64,000 nt of DNA. Source: Saccostrea echinata. Its lineage: Eukaryota. The stretch lies in NCBI RefSeq assembly GCF_033153115.1, contig NW_026889760.1, positions 5,022,001-5,086,000 on the forward strand, read 5' to 3'. Position numbers and translations under genes: made by a program. Shown here piece after piece: positions 1-12,699 of the stretch. Numbering within the stretch: position 1 is the first letter of the stretch; each line of letters begins with the position of its first letter. The notes below the pieces were generated by a model. It saw only the letters and a list, made by a program, of their open reading frames with translations, was not told the DNA's origin and did not search any database.

Positions 1-540
1 TTGGGGGGGGGGGGTGTCCAATTTAGTACCATTAAACCTGCTGAAGAGACTTCAATACAATAGCCAGGAACCTTGCTAATGCCCTTAAGTACAAAACAGT
101 AAAGCTGCAGTCTCATCAGACACTTCATTTTTTTTTTAAATACAGATGGAATTGCAGGTACATGTATTGAGATACATACATAATACGTTACCTTAGATTT
201 CTGTAACATGATTTTCACTTCTAATTTTACATACTCGGTAAATTAAAATGGTATCAGATAGCAAAACTTGCAAAACTTATTTGGGGGGGGGGGGGGTCCA
301 ATTTAGTACCATTAAACCTGCTGAAGAGACTTCAATACAATAGCCAGGAACCTTGCTAATGCCCTTAAGTACAAAACAGTAAAGCTGCAGTCCCATCAGA
401 CACTTCATTTTTTTTTTTAAATACAGATGGAATTGCAGGTACATGTATTGAGATACATACATAATACGTTACCTTAGATTTCTGTAACATGATTTTCACT
501 TCTAATTTTACATACTCGGTATATTAAAATGGTATCAGAT
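1..540. repeat. Near-identical ~280-bp tandem duplication
   Basis: 1-260 repeats at 281-540 with only a few substitutions and homopolymer-length differences. Confidence 0.9.
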
Positions 541-1152
541 AAAAATATACAAAACACAGTATCACTATATTTCATTTAACCGAAAGCCAAGGCTTGATGC
601 GCGAGTCAAAGACTCAAAGGAGGACGAAATGTGTGTGTAATCTCTTAATTTTTTTTGTCTTTACAAAATTCAGGAGGCAAAGACATGTTATGTAATTACT
701 TTTATTTAATTCGTTTTAGACTTTCCGATGAGGATGACAGTTATTAGAATAATAATAAATAACATGCAACTTCTGGAAATACAAGTACTGTAACCCCCCC
801 CCCCTTTTATTTTTGTTGAATGGGTTATTCAGTATAGGTCGACAAAATATTCTCATGGTGTTTTTGATAAATATTAAAATGATTCTTGAAAGAATCTAAC
901 TTGCGAAGAACATAATAAAACACTCGCGGCCAGCACCTAGACAGACCATTTGACAGACTATAGATTTATGAAAGTATCTTTTAGTGATCGAGTTTTCACT
1001 TGATAAAAAATATATATAAGCTTTTCTGAAACAAAAATCGTAAACAAAGATTTAAACTTCAAAATGTTTTTAATGTTATTTTTTAATGTAGAAGAACTGC
1101 TCTCTTAGACGATAGAAATTGAGCAATGGAAGTCATTTAAGTCATGAGTCTT

Positions 1153-2093
1153 TTAACGGAAATAAAAGCGCAGTACTTCCTTGAGCAGTGTTTGGTAACC
1201 CCCGCCCTTCTTTTCCTCGGCAATTCTGAGTGACATTTCCTTCACAGGTGGCCTGGCAGGGATAATAGTTCTAGTAAAACTGATGAGCATGTTATATCTC
1301 TATATTGCTATTCGTAATGAAATAGATATGTGTAGCACAAGAGTTTTGTTGGAAATGTGCTACATGTATTACACCGAATTCGTATATTTGAAGAATTTTT
1401 CCCCGTTAATGACAGATCTACTAGAAATTATAGGGAAAGAATGGAGCGACTAATAGTATATTCGGGGGATATCATACAAGTATTCAAAATACGTCGACAG
1501 TAACATGTACAACAAGAAGTTGTATACGTTCCTTCATGTCTTCAGCTAATTTTTGAATATGCATAGAGAGAGAGAGAGAGAGAGATTTGAGAAGCCAATT
1601 AAGGACAGACGATACGTTCCTCAATAACATATTTTTTTTTCTAAGATTTTGTCATTGAAGTATTGCTACTTTAACATGTTTACTCACAAAAAATTGAGGT
1701 ACCTTACCAGAAATTTGTGCAAGATACCAGAGGATGGTGTTTCCTATAAAATACTTTTGGTAAAAAACTAAAAACTTAATTAGCCAATATCACATTTTTT
1801 AGTGTTTCAATTTTTTAAAGACAATCAGAAATCAGTTTAGAAATCAGAAGATAATTAAAATTTTGAATATTTTCCGCGGAAATTTACAAAACAGATATTT
1901 TAGGAACGTATCGACTGACCTTAATAACTCATTTACAAAGAGTATATAACGCTTATGTTCCGAATATAAAAATAGAATTCTACATGTTGTCAGAAGTTAT
2001 AAGTTTTCTTGCCATTTTCATCTTTCATGTTATGCGTCTCGGTTTTGAAGTTGTTTGGTATAAGCTCTGATGTTGACAAATCATTCAAGGTGT
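1153..2093 (-). pseudogene. Candidate 3' exons of the EGF gene: stalk (2093 to 2013 or 1990), disrupted hydrophobic exon (from 1545), tail exon (1270-1153)
   Basis: Acceptor ttttcag then in-phase DTLNDLSTSELIPNNF...; next exon EDMKERIQLLVVHVTVDVF stops at TGA (1486-1484); last exon TIIPARPP..GGYQTLL..FR* carries a YxxL motif. Linkage is inferred. Confidence 0.35.
1603..1920. mobile_element. Kolobok-like MITE with TTAA target duplication
   Basis: ttaa|GGACAGACGATACGTTCCT ... AGGAACGTATCGACTGACC|ttaa (19-bp TIR, 2 mismatches). Confidence 0.75.
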
Positions 2094-2273
2094 CTGAAAA
2101 AAAAATATATTTTCTTAATTACAGCAGAAAAAAAATTAGAAATTGTGAAGTTGTACTTCAGCATTTTCCTCCGAAGATGTAATTGATTACACCATTAATT
2201 TCCTTAATTTTCAACTAAAAGGCAGCTGAGAATGAATATTCTTCGATTCAAAATTTTAAACAACCACATGATA

Positions 2274-2493
2274 CTGTAAACCAACTTTCATTCGCGACGA
2301 CTTTATCTCGCGATCTACCGGGAGTAAATTAGTTCCCGACAATTAATTTTCGCGATCAAGCCGTTTTTGCATCTGTTGTAAACAGACAGAGACTATAAGG
2401 ACCAGTTCGCGGCGAGAAATATTCACGATGCATGACGACGCTCTCGCGAACTTCGCGAAAATTTCTCGCTCGCGAGTAAAAGTTGGTTTACAA
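2274..2493. mobile_element. Tc1/mariner-type MITE with TA target duplication
   Basis: ta|CTGTAAACCAACTTTCATTCGCG ... CGCGAGTAAAAGTTGGTTTACAA|ta; internal TCGCGA motifs. Confidence 0.75.
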
Positions 2494-2804
2494 TATTACT
2501 TCTATTTTGTATGAATCAATGTGTATGAAAGTTTAAAATAAACAGAGGAAGCATTCTCTGTGATCTCTGTGATATTGTTAAGATATCTCTTATAAATACA
2601 TTTCCTTATTCTAGGCTTGAGAATTTAAAAAGTATCATATATATAGAACAAGAGGAAAACGAAGTAGGGACATGGCAAATGTAATACATGTAATGTTTTG
2701 TTAAATGATAAACACTATATATATAATGCATACATTATATTTTGATAAGCTGCAGAATCTGTAACATGGATAATAACATGATATTATATATGTGTATTTC
2801 AATT

Positions 2805-3215
2805 AAGAAAAAGGTCTCATGGGCCACAACGCTCACCCGATTCACCCAAACTCCTCTGCTTTATAAGTATTAGAGAGATTTCGTTTCTGTATTTTCGTGT
2901 GTGAATGGTTGATATCCCTAATATGGCTCTACCATACCCCTGGCTGCCATGATTAAAAAGAACGAATCTTGGGATAATTGCATATTAGAAGACTAATTGT
3001 GATCCATGAAAAGATTACGTTAAAGTTTCATCAACTTTTTTGGTTGTTCATAAAAATCTCCCTTTGAAAAGGGACATGGCCTTCCTTTGAGCAAAGTCCA
3101 ATACCCTTCACACATGTGTGCTTTATGGCATGTTTGGTTGAAATTACCCCGGTGGTACTGGAGAATACGTAGGTTTGTAAAAAGTAACAGTATCTACAGA
3201 CGACATAATTTAGAC
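2805..3215 (-). mobile_element. Degenerate short HINE (Helentron-associated) element
   Basis: Reverse complement of the HINE 3' end (GGTGAGCGTTGTGGCCCATG) plus a diverged core (ccctttgaaaagggacatggcc...tttggttgaaatt). Confidence 0.55.
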
Positions 3216-3647
3216 TTAAATTAAGGAATGAATTGGTTAGCTACCTAAGTTACTCTGTATAGACTGAGTTGGTTCAGTTTACGCTCTGCAAGCAGCAAAG
3301 CTGTTTCTATAAAAGCATAAACTGATCTTACCCAGGTTATGCAAGTACATGTGTAACTTATGTAGCTATAAAATCAATTTCTACTAGTTTAATTGTCCTT
3401 CATTTCGTACAAAAAAAAATGTCCCGTCAAAAATGACTTCAAATGCAATAGCATTCATTTAAGCGATTGATACGTTATGATACGAGTTTCATGTATGTTA
3501 TGCATCGTCATTAACGTTGAAAACACGGGTTATACAATATATAAACTAATTATGTTTTCTATCCAATCGCGTGTCGCGGTACAAGCAGAATTAGGTTATT
3601 TACAAAAGTAGCTTTAAATGCCCAAGAATGTCCTTTTATCTCTCGCG

Positions 3648-4043
3648 TTTTAGGTCACCTGAGTTACTCAGGTGACCTATTGCTATCTCTTTCTGTCGTC
3701 GTGAGGCGTGCGTCGTTCGTCGGTCGTAAACTTTTGAACATTTTCATCTTCTTCTCTAGAACCAGTGAACCAATTTCAACTAATTTTGGCATCTAATTAT
3801 AGCATCTACGAGTGAAGGGGAACAAACATTGTGAAATTCATGGCTCATGTCCCCCTGGGGCCTGAGGGGTGGGGCCAAAACCATCAAAATCAATGCAATC
3901 TTTAAAAATCTTCTTCTTTTCTACTGGTCATTAAGCAGTCAAACTGTTGGCATGATTGTAATAAGCATTGAGCCCTTTACCAAAATTGTGAAAGTCAGGG
4001 GTTCTGGTGTTAGGGCTGGGCTATATAGATCATATAGTGAAAG

Positions 4044-4078
<35 letters not shown>

Positions 4079-5571
4079 TGGGTATTATTGAAACAAATTA
4101 AATACATAGTTATGATAAGCAAAGTTGACTCTACCAAAATTGTGAAATTCATGGCTCCAGGGTCAGAGGTTCTGGAGCTAGGGCGGGGCTTTTTATACCT
4201 CATATAGTGAAAGTGCTTTATTTTTTTGAAAATCTTCTTCTCTACTCCTTGGTATTATTTAACAAATTAAATACATAGTTATGATAAGCAAGGGTGACTC
4301 TACCAAAATTGTGAAATACATGGCGCCAGGGTCAGGGGTTCTGGTGTTAGGGCGGGGCTCTATTGATTATAAAGTGAAAATGTTTTAATTCTTTAAAAAT
4401 CTTCTTCTCTCCACCTGGGTATTATTTAAACAAACTAAGTACATTGTTATGATAAGCAAGGATGCCTTTTCCCAAATTGTAAAATTCATGGCCCCGGGGA
4501 CAGAGGTTCTGGTGCTAGGGCGGGGCTATATAGATCCTATAGTGAAGGTGAATTATTTCTTTGAAAATCTTCTTCTCTGGCCCTGGGTATTATTTAAACA
4601 AACTAAGTACATTGTTATGATACCCAAGGATGCCTCTTCCAAAATTGTGAATTTCATGACCCCAGGTTCAAGGGTTCTGGTGAGAGGGGAGTGGGGGGGG
4701 GGGGGCTTCTATTGATTATAAAGTGAAAAAGCAAATTTTCTTTGAAAATATTCTTTAATGCTTCTAGTTAAAAAGCAAAGAAGCTAAGTGTATAGTTATG
4801 ATGAGCAAGAGTGCTTCTTCCAGAGTAGTGAATGGGTCAGATGTGCTGGTGTAAGGGTGGGGCTCTTGATAATACATGTATAGTGAAAATGCATTAATTC
4901 TATTAAATAATCCTGTCTGCTCCTTAGTGTAAAGCAAATAAACAAAGTAATTAGTTATGATGAGCAAACTTGTGGACTTATGGTCCCAGGGTCAGAGGCT
5001 CTGGTGTTTCTCGGTGGGGGGGGGATAATATAGATAATATTATATTCACTATATTATATTGATAATATAGTTGATAATATAGTGAATCTGTAGTAAAAAT
5101 GCATTAATTCTTTAAATATCTTCTCCGCACCTGAGCATATCAGAGGCAAACAGAGTAAAAGTTTTAAAAAGGAAGGGCATTTTTACCAGATTTATAAACA
5201 TCTGGACCATTTGGTCAAGTGTTTTGGTCCTGGCCAGGGCTCTATTAATTTGTATTTACTGAGAGGAGTTATTCCCCTTTGCCATTTACTTTTGATAATA
5301 GATAACTGTAAATAATGTACTTGAAAGCATTGATAATTTGTTAACATACTGAATGGTGATAGTGATAAATGGGGAACAGATTAGACCCTAATTTATGAAC
5401 TGTTAATGAATACTACATTTAAGACTAATTATTTTGTTGATCCTGGTCACCCTATTTTTCTTGCTTTTGGGCAACAAAGCTTCACCTTTCAGTTCATTTT
5501 ATACTCTATGCATCCTTTAATTTGTTGTATTATACTCAGGTGACTGTTAAGGCCCTTGGGCCTCTTGTTTT
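3648..5571 (+). mobile_element. HINE / non-autonomous Helentron with internal ~169-bp tandem repeats
   Basis: T-run then hairpin AGGTCACCTGAGttaCTCAGGTGACCT, GTC-rich microsatellite, repeated AAAATCTTCTTCTC units, 3' CTCAGGTGAC and hairpin AAGGCCCTTGGGCCT followed by cttgtttt. Confidence 0.85.
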
Positions 5572-5819
5572 CTGTAAATTTCGAAATAAACACGGTAGTT
5601 TTAATTTATTTTTTTGTGGAATTAATCCCATAGTGAGTAACGTTTTGAGATCACGAAACAAAGTACATGTATCTGTCACAAGGTCACAATTCTATAGAAT
5701 GAAAAAAATTGGCATTAGTACCCTTGTTATAAATTTTAGCACCGTTGAATTTAAACAACTCATATATAGTGTCTGAAATAAACTCATTGGTTTTTATTAA
5801 AAATATCATTAACGTTTAC

Positions 5820-6152
5820 CTGTTCTTTGCAGACAACCGCTGACATGATTGCAATCTGCTGAAGGACATGGGCATTTTGAACTACACAAAGATCCATACC
5901 ACCCGTCGGGGCATTTTCTGGAGCAGTTCTGTCCAAAATATCCAGCGGGACACTCTAGAGTAATATCAAAGTAATAATTAATGTCAAACTGAGATACCTT
6001 AATACACGGGTGCATACCAACCCCCACCCCATATTAATGAGCATTTTCAAACACATTTTACGACCAAAAAAATATGCAGTTGATTTAACCTACCTTTGCA
6101 GGTATTATTGACATGATAAAAACTGTAGCCGCAACTCGGTGTTCCATTCTTT
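5820..6152 (-). CDS. Two exons (6152-6094, 5954-5820) of a small EGF-repeat (MEGF10/SREC-like) gene
   Basis: Spliced frame KNGTPSCGYSFYHVNNTCK|ECPAGYFGQNCSRKCPDGWYGSLCSSKCPCPSADCNHVSGCLQRT; canonical AG/GT; phase-1 EGF exon; CPxGxxGxxC motifs. Confidence 0.75.
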
Positions 6153-6460
6153 CTGAATTTCAAGAAAACCTTTTGAATACACGCATTCTGATAAAAGATA
6201 CGAGAAATCAAAGATATTGAAATGTGTTACATGTACTTACTCAGTATAGGAAACATTTCCAGTTTTTGAATAAATAGATGCAATGTGAAACATGATAATA
6301 AAATGAATCATAATTTGTATTAGATGATAATGGTATGCACAGTTTTCAATAGCATTCTATATAGGTTTGCGGAAGTGAAAGCTAGTAATTTTTCTCTCGC
6401 CGGAAAATTATAAATTTCACAATTTCCGGTGTCATATGTATTCGATTATAACACTAAGTA

Positions 6461-6746
6461 CAGTGGCGGATTTAAGGGAGGGGTCGCACCCCCCACCCCC
6501 CTAAAGTTGTCAAAGTTAGAGTAAATCACATTTTTTGTCGAGAAAATGTAAAAATGTCTACTCGGTACACTTCATTTTTACCCTACAAAATCTCTAGAAT
6601 CCAGGAGTTCCGGGGGCTTCGCCCCCTAGGCCCCCACCTGGGCTTCGCCCTGGACCCACTGGGGCCTCAAGGCGGCCCCCAGTCCCCCTGCCTACTTATT
6701 GCGCCCCCCCCCCCCCGCCCAATTTCAATTCCTGGATCCGCGCCTG
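6461..6746. mobile_element. GC-rich MITE with 5-bp target duplication
   Basis: aagta|CAGTGGCGGATTTAAGG ... CCTGGATCCGCGCCTG|aagta. Confidence 0.75.
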
Positions 6747-8740
6747 AAGTAAGCATTAAATAGTGCATAGATTAATCTTTTTTCACATGGGTCTGGATGT
6801 GGGCTACTTTTTAAATCTATAAATCTATATATTAAAATTTCAAACTCAATTTCACGGATAGCTAATTAGGGTTTAGTTTCTCTAGATTTGCTGGCCTATT
6901 TCATACCAATTGTTAAACCTTGTTTTCCCACTAAATTTGACTACGGATTACCAGGTTGTTGTAGAGTAGTATTTCCTCCATAACCAGCTTTCCCAACCCC
7001 GAATCTGTACTCTAAAGTCGGATTTTCCCCCGAGGGGAAGTCTCACACTAGAGCCAAATTTCTCCTCTTTTTTCAATGCTAAAAACACATCGACAATATA
7101 CAAGAGTCAACTGCTTTTTAATATAGAAATGAGTGTTTTCGACTCAAGAATAGTTAAAATTTAGTATGAAATTTATAAATATATACTTTGAATTATTTCG
7201 TCTCAAACTCAAATTTTAACTCAGTGTAAAATTAGCTTCTTGAAAAATCCAAAGACTACAGTACCTGTTTGTTCACGAATTTAAATGAATTGTTTTTCAA
7301 ATACATGTATGATACGTTAGACTAATTATCCGACAGAAACACATTTTTCAGGCGTTTTCTGCTTAACCTAGAACTAATATTTACAGGTTTATATAGACAA
7401 TTTGATTTTATGTCCAGGGGTAAAATATGCTACTTCTCAAAATATAATGATACAAGTATTACATTTCCTAAAAAGCTTGTCTAACTTGAGCAAATTTATT
7501 TTTACGCGAAGAATCAAGGAAAGTTAAATCCAGTCTGCGTAAATGAAATGAATTCTTTTGCTAAGAAACAAGAAGAGTTCAATTCAGTGGAATCAACATA
7601 AATCTAAATTAAACTTGAATATGAATTTATTCTTTATACACTATATTACTTGTAATTTCTTTTTCTATGGACGTAGGAACCGGCCGGTGGGGGGGGGGGG
7701 GGGCGGGGTGACCCTATAATTATGCCGATTTATACATAACTATTTTATGCTTGTGTCCCCTAAATCATGTAAATATTTAACTTCTGATAACGTTTTTATG
7801 CTATATGAGGATTTTTTCCTTGATAGTGTCCACCTTAAACTGAAAATTTCTGAAATTTTTTCCAACGGGCCTGTTCATGGATACAAAGATATAACCAGTG
7901 CTTTTGAAAGAAAAAACTATGTACAACACATAAAAATCTTAACATCAATTAGAGAACAATTTTGATAATAAATTTAAAAAAAAAAATAAACGCGTTACAA
8001 AATGAGCTAACATCTTTGCATTTAGCAAAAGAATATTCAACATCTATCAATTACCTTGATATTTTTTAACTATGTATAAAACAAACGTCTGCAAGTTATG
8101 AATATAAATATATGTGTAAATTTATAAAAAAATTCTAAAGGTAGAGAGACTCAGTATGCATTGAAAATAAACATCCATTTGTTAATCTGATAAGAAAATC
8201 GACAAGAGTTGACCAGCTCATTCCTTCTGTTTTGCTGGACATGAATGATGTATTCGGGAATGGTCAAATGTTATGTAACCTGTAATGTATAATGTGATAA
8301 TAATGACATCAGCTCCAATGCTCTGGCTTGTTTGGGTGTTTAGCATGTTTCCTTTACTCCTCATTCTCTCCAATTGATAGTTAAGTTAGTATGAAGTTTC
8401 CAAGATCAAGTTATCACAAGAATTCTATTGAACAACTTGACCAACAAGCCTTGGCTAAATCTAGTACTGTCTGACGCCATGACGTCAGACAATTATCACT
8501 GTTGCAAGTATAAGACGTCTTTACGAATTACGAATTCCACTGCATGTTCGTGGTCTGTGTTCTAGTTGAGAATTAGTCGGTTGATCTCAACTCTGGTGTT
8601 GACAAGTCACTCTTGAAATATGTCTGAATTTTAAAGAAATATTTTGTTCAGGTCATTAATTTTATTTCGTTTGTAGTAACTACTGCTCTTATATGAATTT
8701 AATAAATAAAATATAAAATAAAATTTAAATATAAAATATA

Positions 8741-8784
<44 letters not shown>

Positions 8785-8834
8785 GTCTGTCGTCGTTGTT
8801 GTCGTCGTCGTCCTTGTTAACTTTTCACAATTTC

Positions 8835-8866
<32 letters not shown>

Positions 8867-10260
8867 GACCAAACTTGCCACAAAGCATTGTTCAAATGAA
8901 GGGCCACGCCCTCTTTCAAGGTTTGATAATTACGAAATAGTGAAAATTGGTGGCATGTTTTAAAAATCTTCTTCTCAAGAATCACTGGGCCAGGAAAGAT
9001 GAAAATTATATGGAAACATCTTTAGGTAGTGTAGATTCAAGTTTGTAAAAATCATGACCGCTGGGGGTAGGGCCAATATGGATGATCAAATTTTTACATA
9101 AGAATACATTATTACTAGTAAAATCTTTAAAAATCTTTTTCTCCAGAACCACTGTGCTAGGAAAGATGAAAGTTACGTGGAAACATTCTCATGTAGTGTA
9201 GATTCTAATTTGTTCAAACCATGACCCCGGGGGTAGGGCGGGGCCACAATGGATGATAGATCAAAGTTTTACATAGGAATACATTAGGAAAAATCTTTAA
9301 AAAATCTTCTTCTTCTTCTCCAGAACCACTAGGTCAGGAAAGATATGAAACTTACGTGGAAACATCCTCAGGTATAGTGTAGATTCAAGTTTGTTCAAAT
9401 CATGACCCCGGGTGTAGTGTGGGGCCACAATGGACGATCAAAGTTTTACATAGGAATACATAGGGAAAATCTTTTAATTAAAATCTTCTTCTCCAGAACC
9501 ACTGGGCAAGGAAAGATGAAACTTATGTGGAAACATTCTCGTGTAGTGCAGATTCAAATTTGTTCAAACCATGACCAAAGGGGTTGGGACGGGGACACAA
9601 TGGATGATCAAAGTTTTACATAAGAATACATAGGAAATATCTTTAAAAATCTTCTTCTCCAGAATCACTGGACCAGGAAAGATGAAACTTATGTGGAAAT
9701 ATCCTCAGGCAGTGTAGATTCAAGTTTGTTCAAATCATGACCCCCGGGTGTAGGGTGGGACCATAATGGATGATCAAATTTTTATGTAGGAAAAGATAGG
9801 AGAAATCTTTTAAAATCTTCTTCTCGAGAACAGCAGAGCCTTGATTAAACAAAAATGTATTTTATTTTATATGGAAGCATCCTCAGGTAGTGCAGATTTA
9901 AGTTTGTTCAAATCATGACCCCCAGGGGTAGGGTGGGTTACAATGGATGATCAAAGGTTTACATAGATATACATAGAAAAAAATATTTAAAAATCTTCTT
10001 CTCAAGAACAGCAAAGCCATGATTAGTCATATTTATATGGAAGCATCCTCAGGTAGTGTAGATTCAAGTTTCTTCAAATCATGGCCCCCAGGAGTAGGGT
10101 GGGGCCAGATATACATTGGAAAAATCTTTAAAAATCTCAAGAACAGCAAAGATTATGTCCCCTGGGGGTAGAGCGTTGACCTAATAGAAGATAAAACTTG
10201 TGGGAAATTTTTTTTAAAAATCTGTCAAAGAAATATGGAAGCATCCTGAGTTAGTGTAGA
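8741..10260 (+). mobile_element. HINE carrying a ~166-bp Cg170-like satellite array, 3'-truncated
   Basis: ttttAGCTCACCTGAGCCGAAGGCTCAAGTGAGCT start, (GTC)n, about 8 diverged monomers containing GTAGTGTAGATTCAAGTTTGTTCAAATCATGACCCC; no 3' hairpin. Confidence 0.85.
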
Positions 10261-10465
10261 CCCAGTTAGCACAACATTATTAAAACGTTATACTGAAAAA
10301 CGTTGTGAAAATGTTATAAAAACATCTTTTAAAACGTTATTACAACGTTATTTTGTGTGGTTTTTTAGCTCACCTGAGCCGAATGCTCAAGTGAGCTTTT
10401 CTGATCACTTTTTGTCCGTCGTCCGTCTGTCCGTCCGTCCGTCTGTCCGTCTGTAAACTTTTCAC

Positions 10466-10499
<34 letters not shown>

Positions 10500-10523
10500 A
10501 TTCAACCAAACTTGCCACAAAGT

Positions 10524-10573
<50 letters not shown>

Positions 10574-12233
10574 CTTTCAAGGGGAGATAATTAGGAATTA
10601 GTGAAAAAATAATGGCATCATTTAAAAATCTTCTTCTCAAGAACCACTGGGCCAGGAAAGATGAAACTTATGTGGAAACATCCTCAGGTAGTGTAGATTC
10701 AAGTTTGTTCAAATCATGACCCCCGGGGGTAGGGAGGGGCCACAATGGGGGATCAAAGTTTTACATAGAAATATATAAGAAAATATCTTTAAAAATCTTC
10801 TTCTTAAGAACAGCAAAGCCATGATTGGTCATAATTATATGGAAGCATCCTCAGGTAGTGTAGATTCAAGTTTGTTCAAATCATGACCCCCGGGGGTAGG
10901 GTGGGGCCACAATGGGGGATCAAAGTTTTACATAGAAATATATAGGAAAATATCTTTAAAAATCTTCTTCTTAAGAACAGCAAAGCCATGATTGGTCATA
11001 TTTATATAGAAGCATCCTCAGGTAGTGTAGATTCAAGTTTGTTCAAATCATGACCCCTGGGGATAGGGTGGGGCCACAATGGGGGATCAAACTTTTACAT
11101 AGAAATATACAGGAAAAAATCTTTTTCTGAGGAACAGAAAAGCCTGCATTAGTAAATTTGATATGGAGGCATCCTTGGGTAGTGTAGAATGAAATTTGTT
11201 CAAATCATGACCCCCGGGGGTAGGGTGGGGCCACAATGGGGGATCAAAGTTTTACATAGAAATATATAGGAAAATATTTTAAAAAATCTTCTTCTTAAGA
11301 ACAACACAGCCGTGATCGGTCATATTTATATGGAAGCATCCTCAGGTAGTGCAGATTCAAGTTTGTTCGAATCATGACCCCCGGGGGTAGGGTGCGGCCA
11401 CAATGGGGGATCAAAGTTTTAAATAGAAATATATAGGAAAATGTCTTTAAAAATCTTCTTCTTAAGAACAGCAAAGCCATGATTGGTCATATTTATATGG
11501 AGGCATCCTCAGGTAGTTTAGATTCAAGTTTGTTTAAATCATGACCCACGGGGATAGGGTGGGGCCACAATGGGGGATCAAAGTTTTACATAGAAATACA
11601 TAGGAAAATATCTTTAAAAATCTTCTTCTTAAGAACAGCAAAGCCATAATTAGTCATATATATATGGAAGCATCCTCAGGTAGTGTAGATTCAAGTTTGT
11701 TTAAATCATGATCCCTGGGGATAGGGTGGGCCACAATGGGGGATCAAAGTTTTAAATAGAAATATATAGGAAAATGTCTTTAAAAATCTTCTTCTTAAGA
11801 ACAGCAAAGCCATGATTGGTCATATTTATATGGAAGCATCCTCTGGTAGTGTAGATTCAAATTTGTTCAAATCATGACCCACGGGGGTAGGGTGGGGCCA
11901 CGATGGGGGATCAAAGTTTTACATAGAAATATACAGGAAAAAATCTTTTCCTCAAGAACAGAAAAGCCATGATTAGTAAAATTGATATGGAGGCATCCTT
12001 GGGTACTGTGGAATGAAATTTGTTCAAATGAGGGACCCCGGGGGTAGGGTGGGGCCAATGGGGGATCAAATTTTTACAAATGAATATATGGGAAAAAATC
12101 TTCTGCTCAAGAACAGCAATGCCATTTGTTATATTGATATGAAAGCATCATCAGGTAGTTTAAAATTCAACCCCCCCCCCGTTAACTTTTCAATACTTAA
12201 CTGATTTTTGCTTTTTTTTTCCTAGCCAATGTG

Positions 12234-12269
<36 letters not shown>

Positions 12270-12385
12270 AACGTTATTATAACGTTTTTCAAAAACATTG
12301 TACTTTTGTTTTGAAAACATTTTTATTTTTTTTTAAACGTTTTTGAAAACATTTCTAAAAACGTTTTTAAAACATTTAAAAAATC
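10261..12385. mobile_element. EnSpm/CACTA-like element end (CCCAGTTAGCACA, AACGTT subterminal repeats) split by a HINE insertion
   Basis: AAAACGTT-rich sequence at 10261-10360 resumes at 12269-12385 directly after the inserted HINE. Confidence 0.6.
10361..12268 (+). mobile_element. Complete HINE with about 9 homogeneous ~166-bp Cg170-like monomers
   Basis: ttttttAGCTCACCTGAGCC, (GTCC)n, monomer array, 3' CAGGTGAGCG plus palindrome GGCCCATGGGCC and tcttgtt. Confidence 0.9.
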
Positions 12386-12666
12386 AATTTTACAACATAA
12401 TAAACAAATATAATGATTGCATTTCTTACAATTTTAATACCGGGAAATTCAAACGCCAACACTATATACCAACCAACCAACCAACGTTGGCTCGATATAG
12501 TCTTGCTTTTTCAGAGATGAATTAACCAGTTAGTTTGTTATGTAAAGCATAAATTTAATTTTAATTAAGCCAGTCTGTAGTAAAACCATATTAGATTATT
12601 ATGTAAAATATTGGCGTAGTCAACAAAGCTATACTGATGGAAAATTAAGCACACAATGACATATAT

Positions 12667-12699
12667 CAGGGACCTATATACTTAGTATATAGGTCCCTG
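12667..12699. mobile_element. 33-bp P-like terminal-repeat remnant (probable excision footprint)
   Basis: catatat|CAGGGACCTATATACT TAGTATATAGGTCCCTG|catatat. Confidence 0.8.

Noticed and set aside
3847-4967. Several 66-88 aa ORFs with repeated IVKFMAPGS motifs
   Set aside because: They are translations of the ~169-bp tandem repeat in a HINE, with frequent stops and frameshifts.
7834-7900. Possible first coding exon of the minus-strand EGF gene
   Set aside because: Splice signals are plausible, but no frame gives a convincing signal peptide linked in phase to the downstream exons.
8769-12204. ORFs within the 166-bp arrays, and the arrays as a possible CRISPR
   Set aside because: Monomers are contiguous with no unique spacers, there are no cas genes, and the context is eukaryotic; the ORFs are satellite translations.
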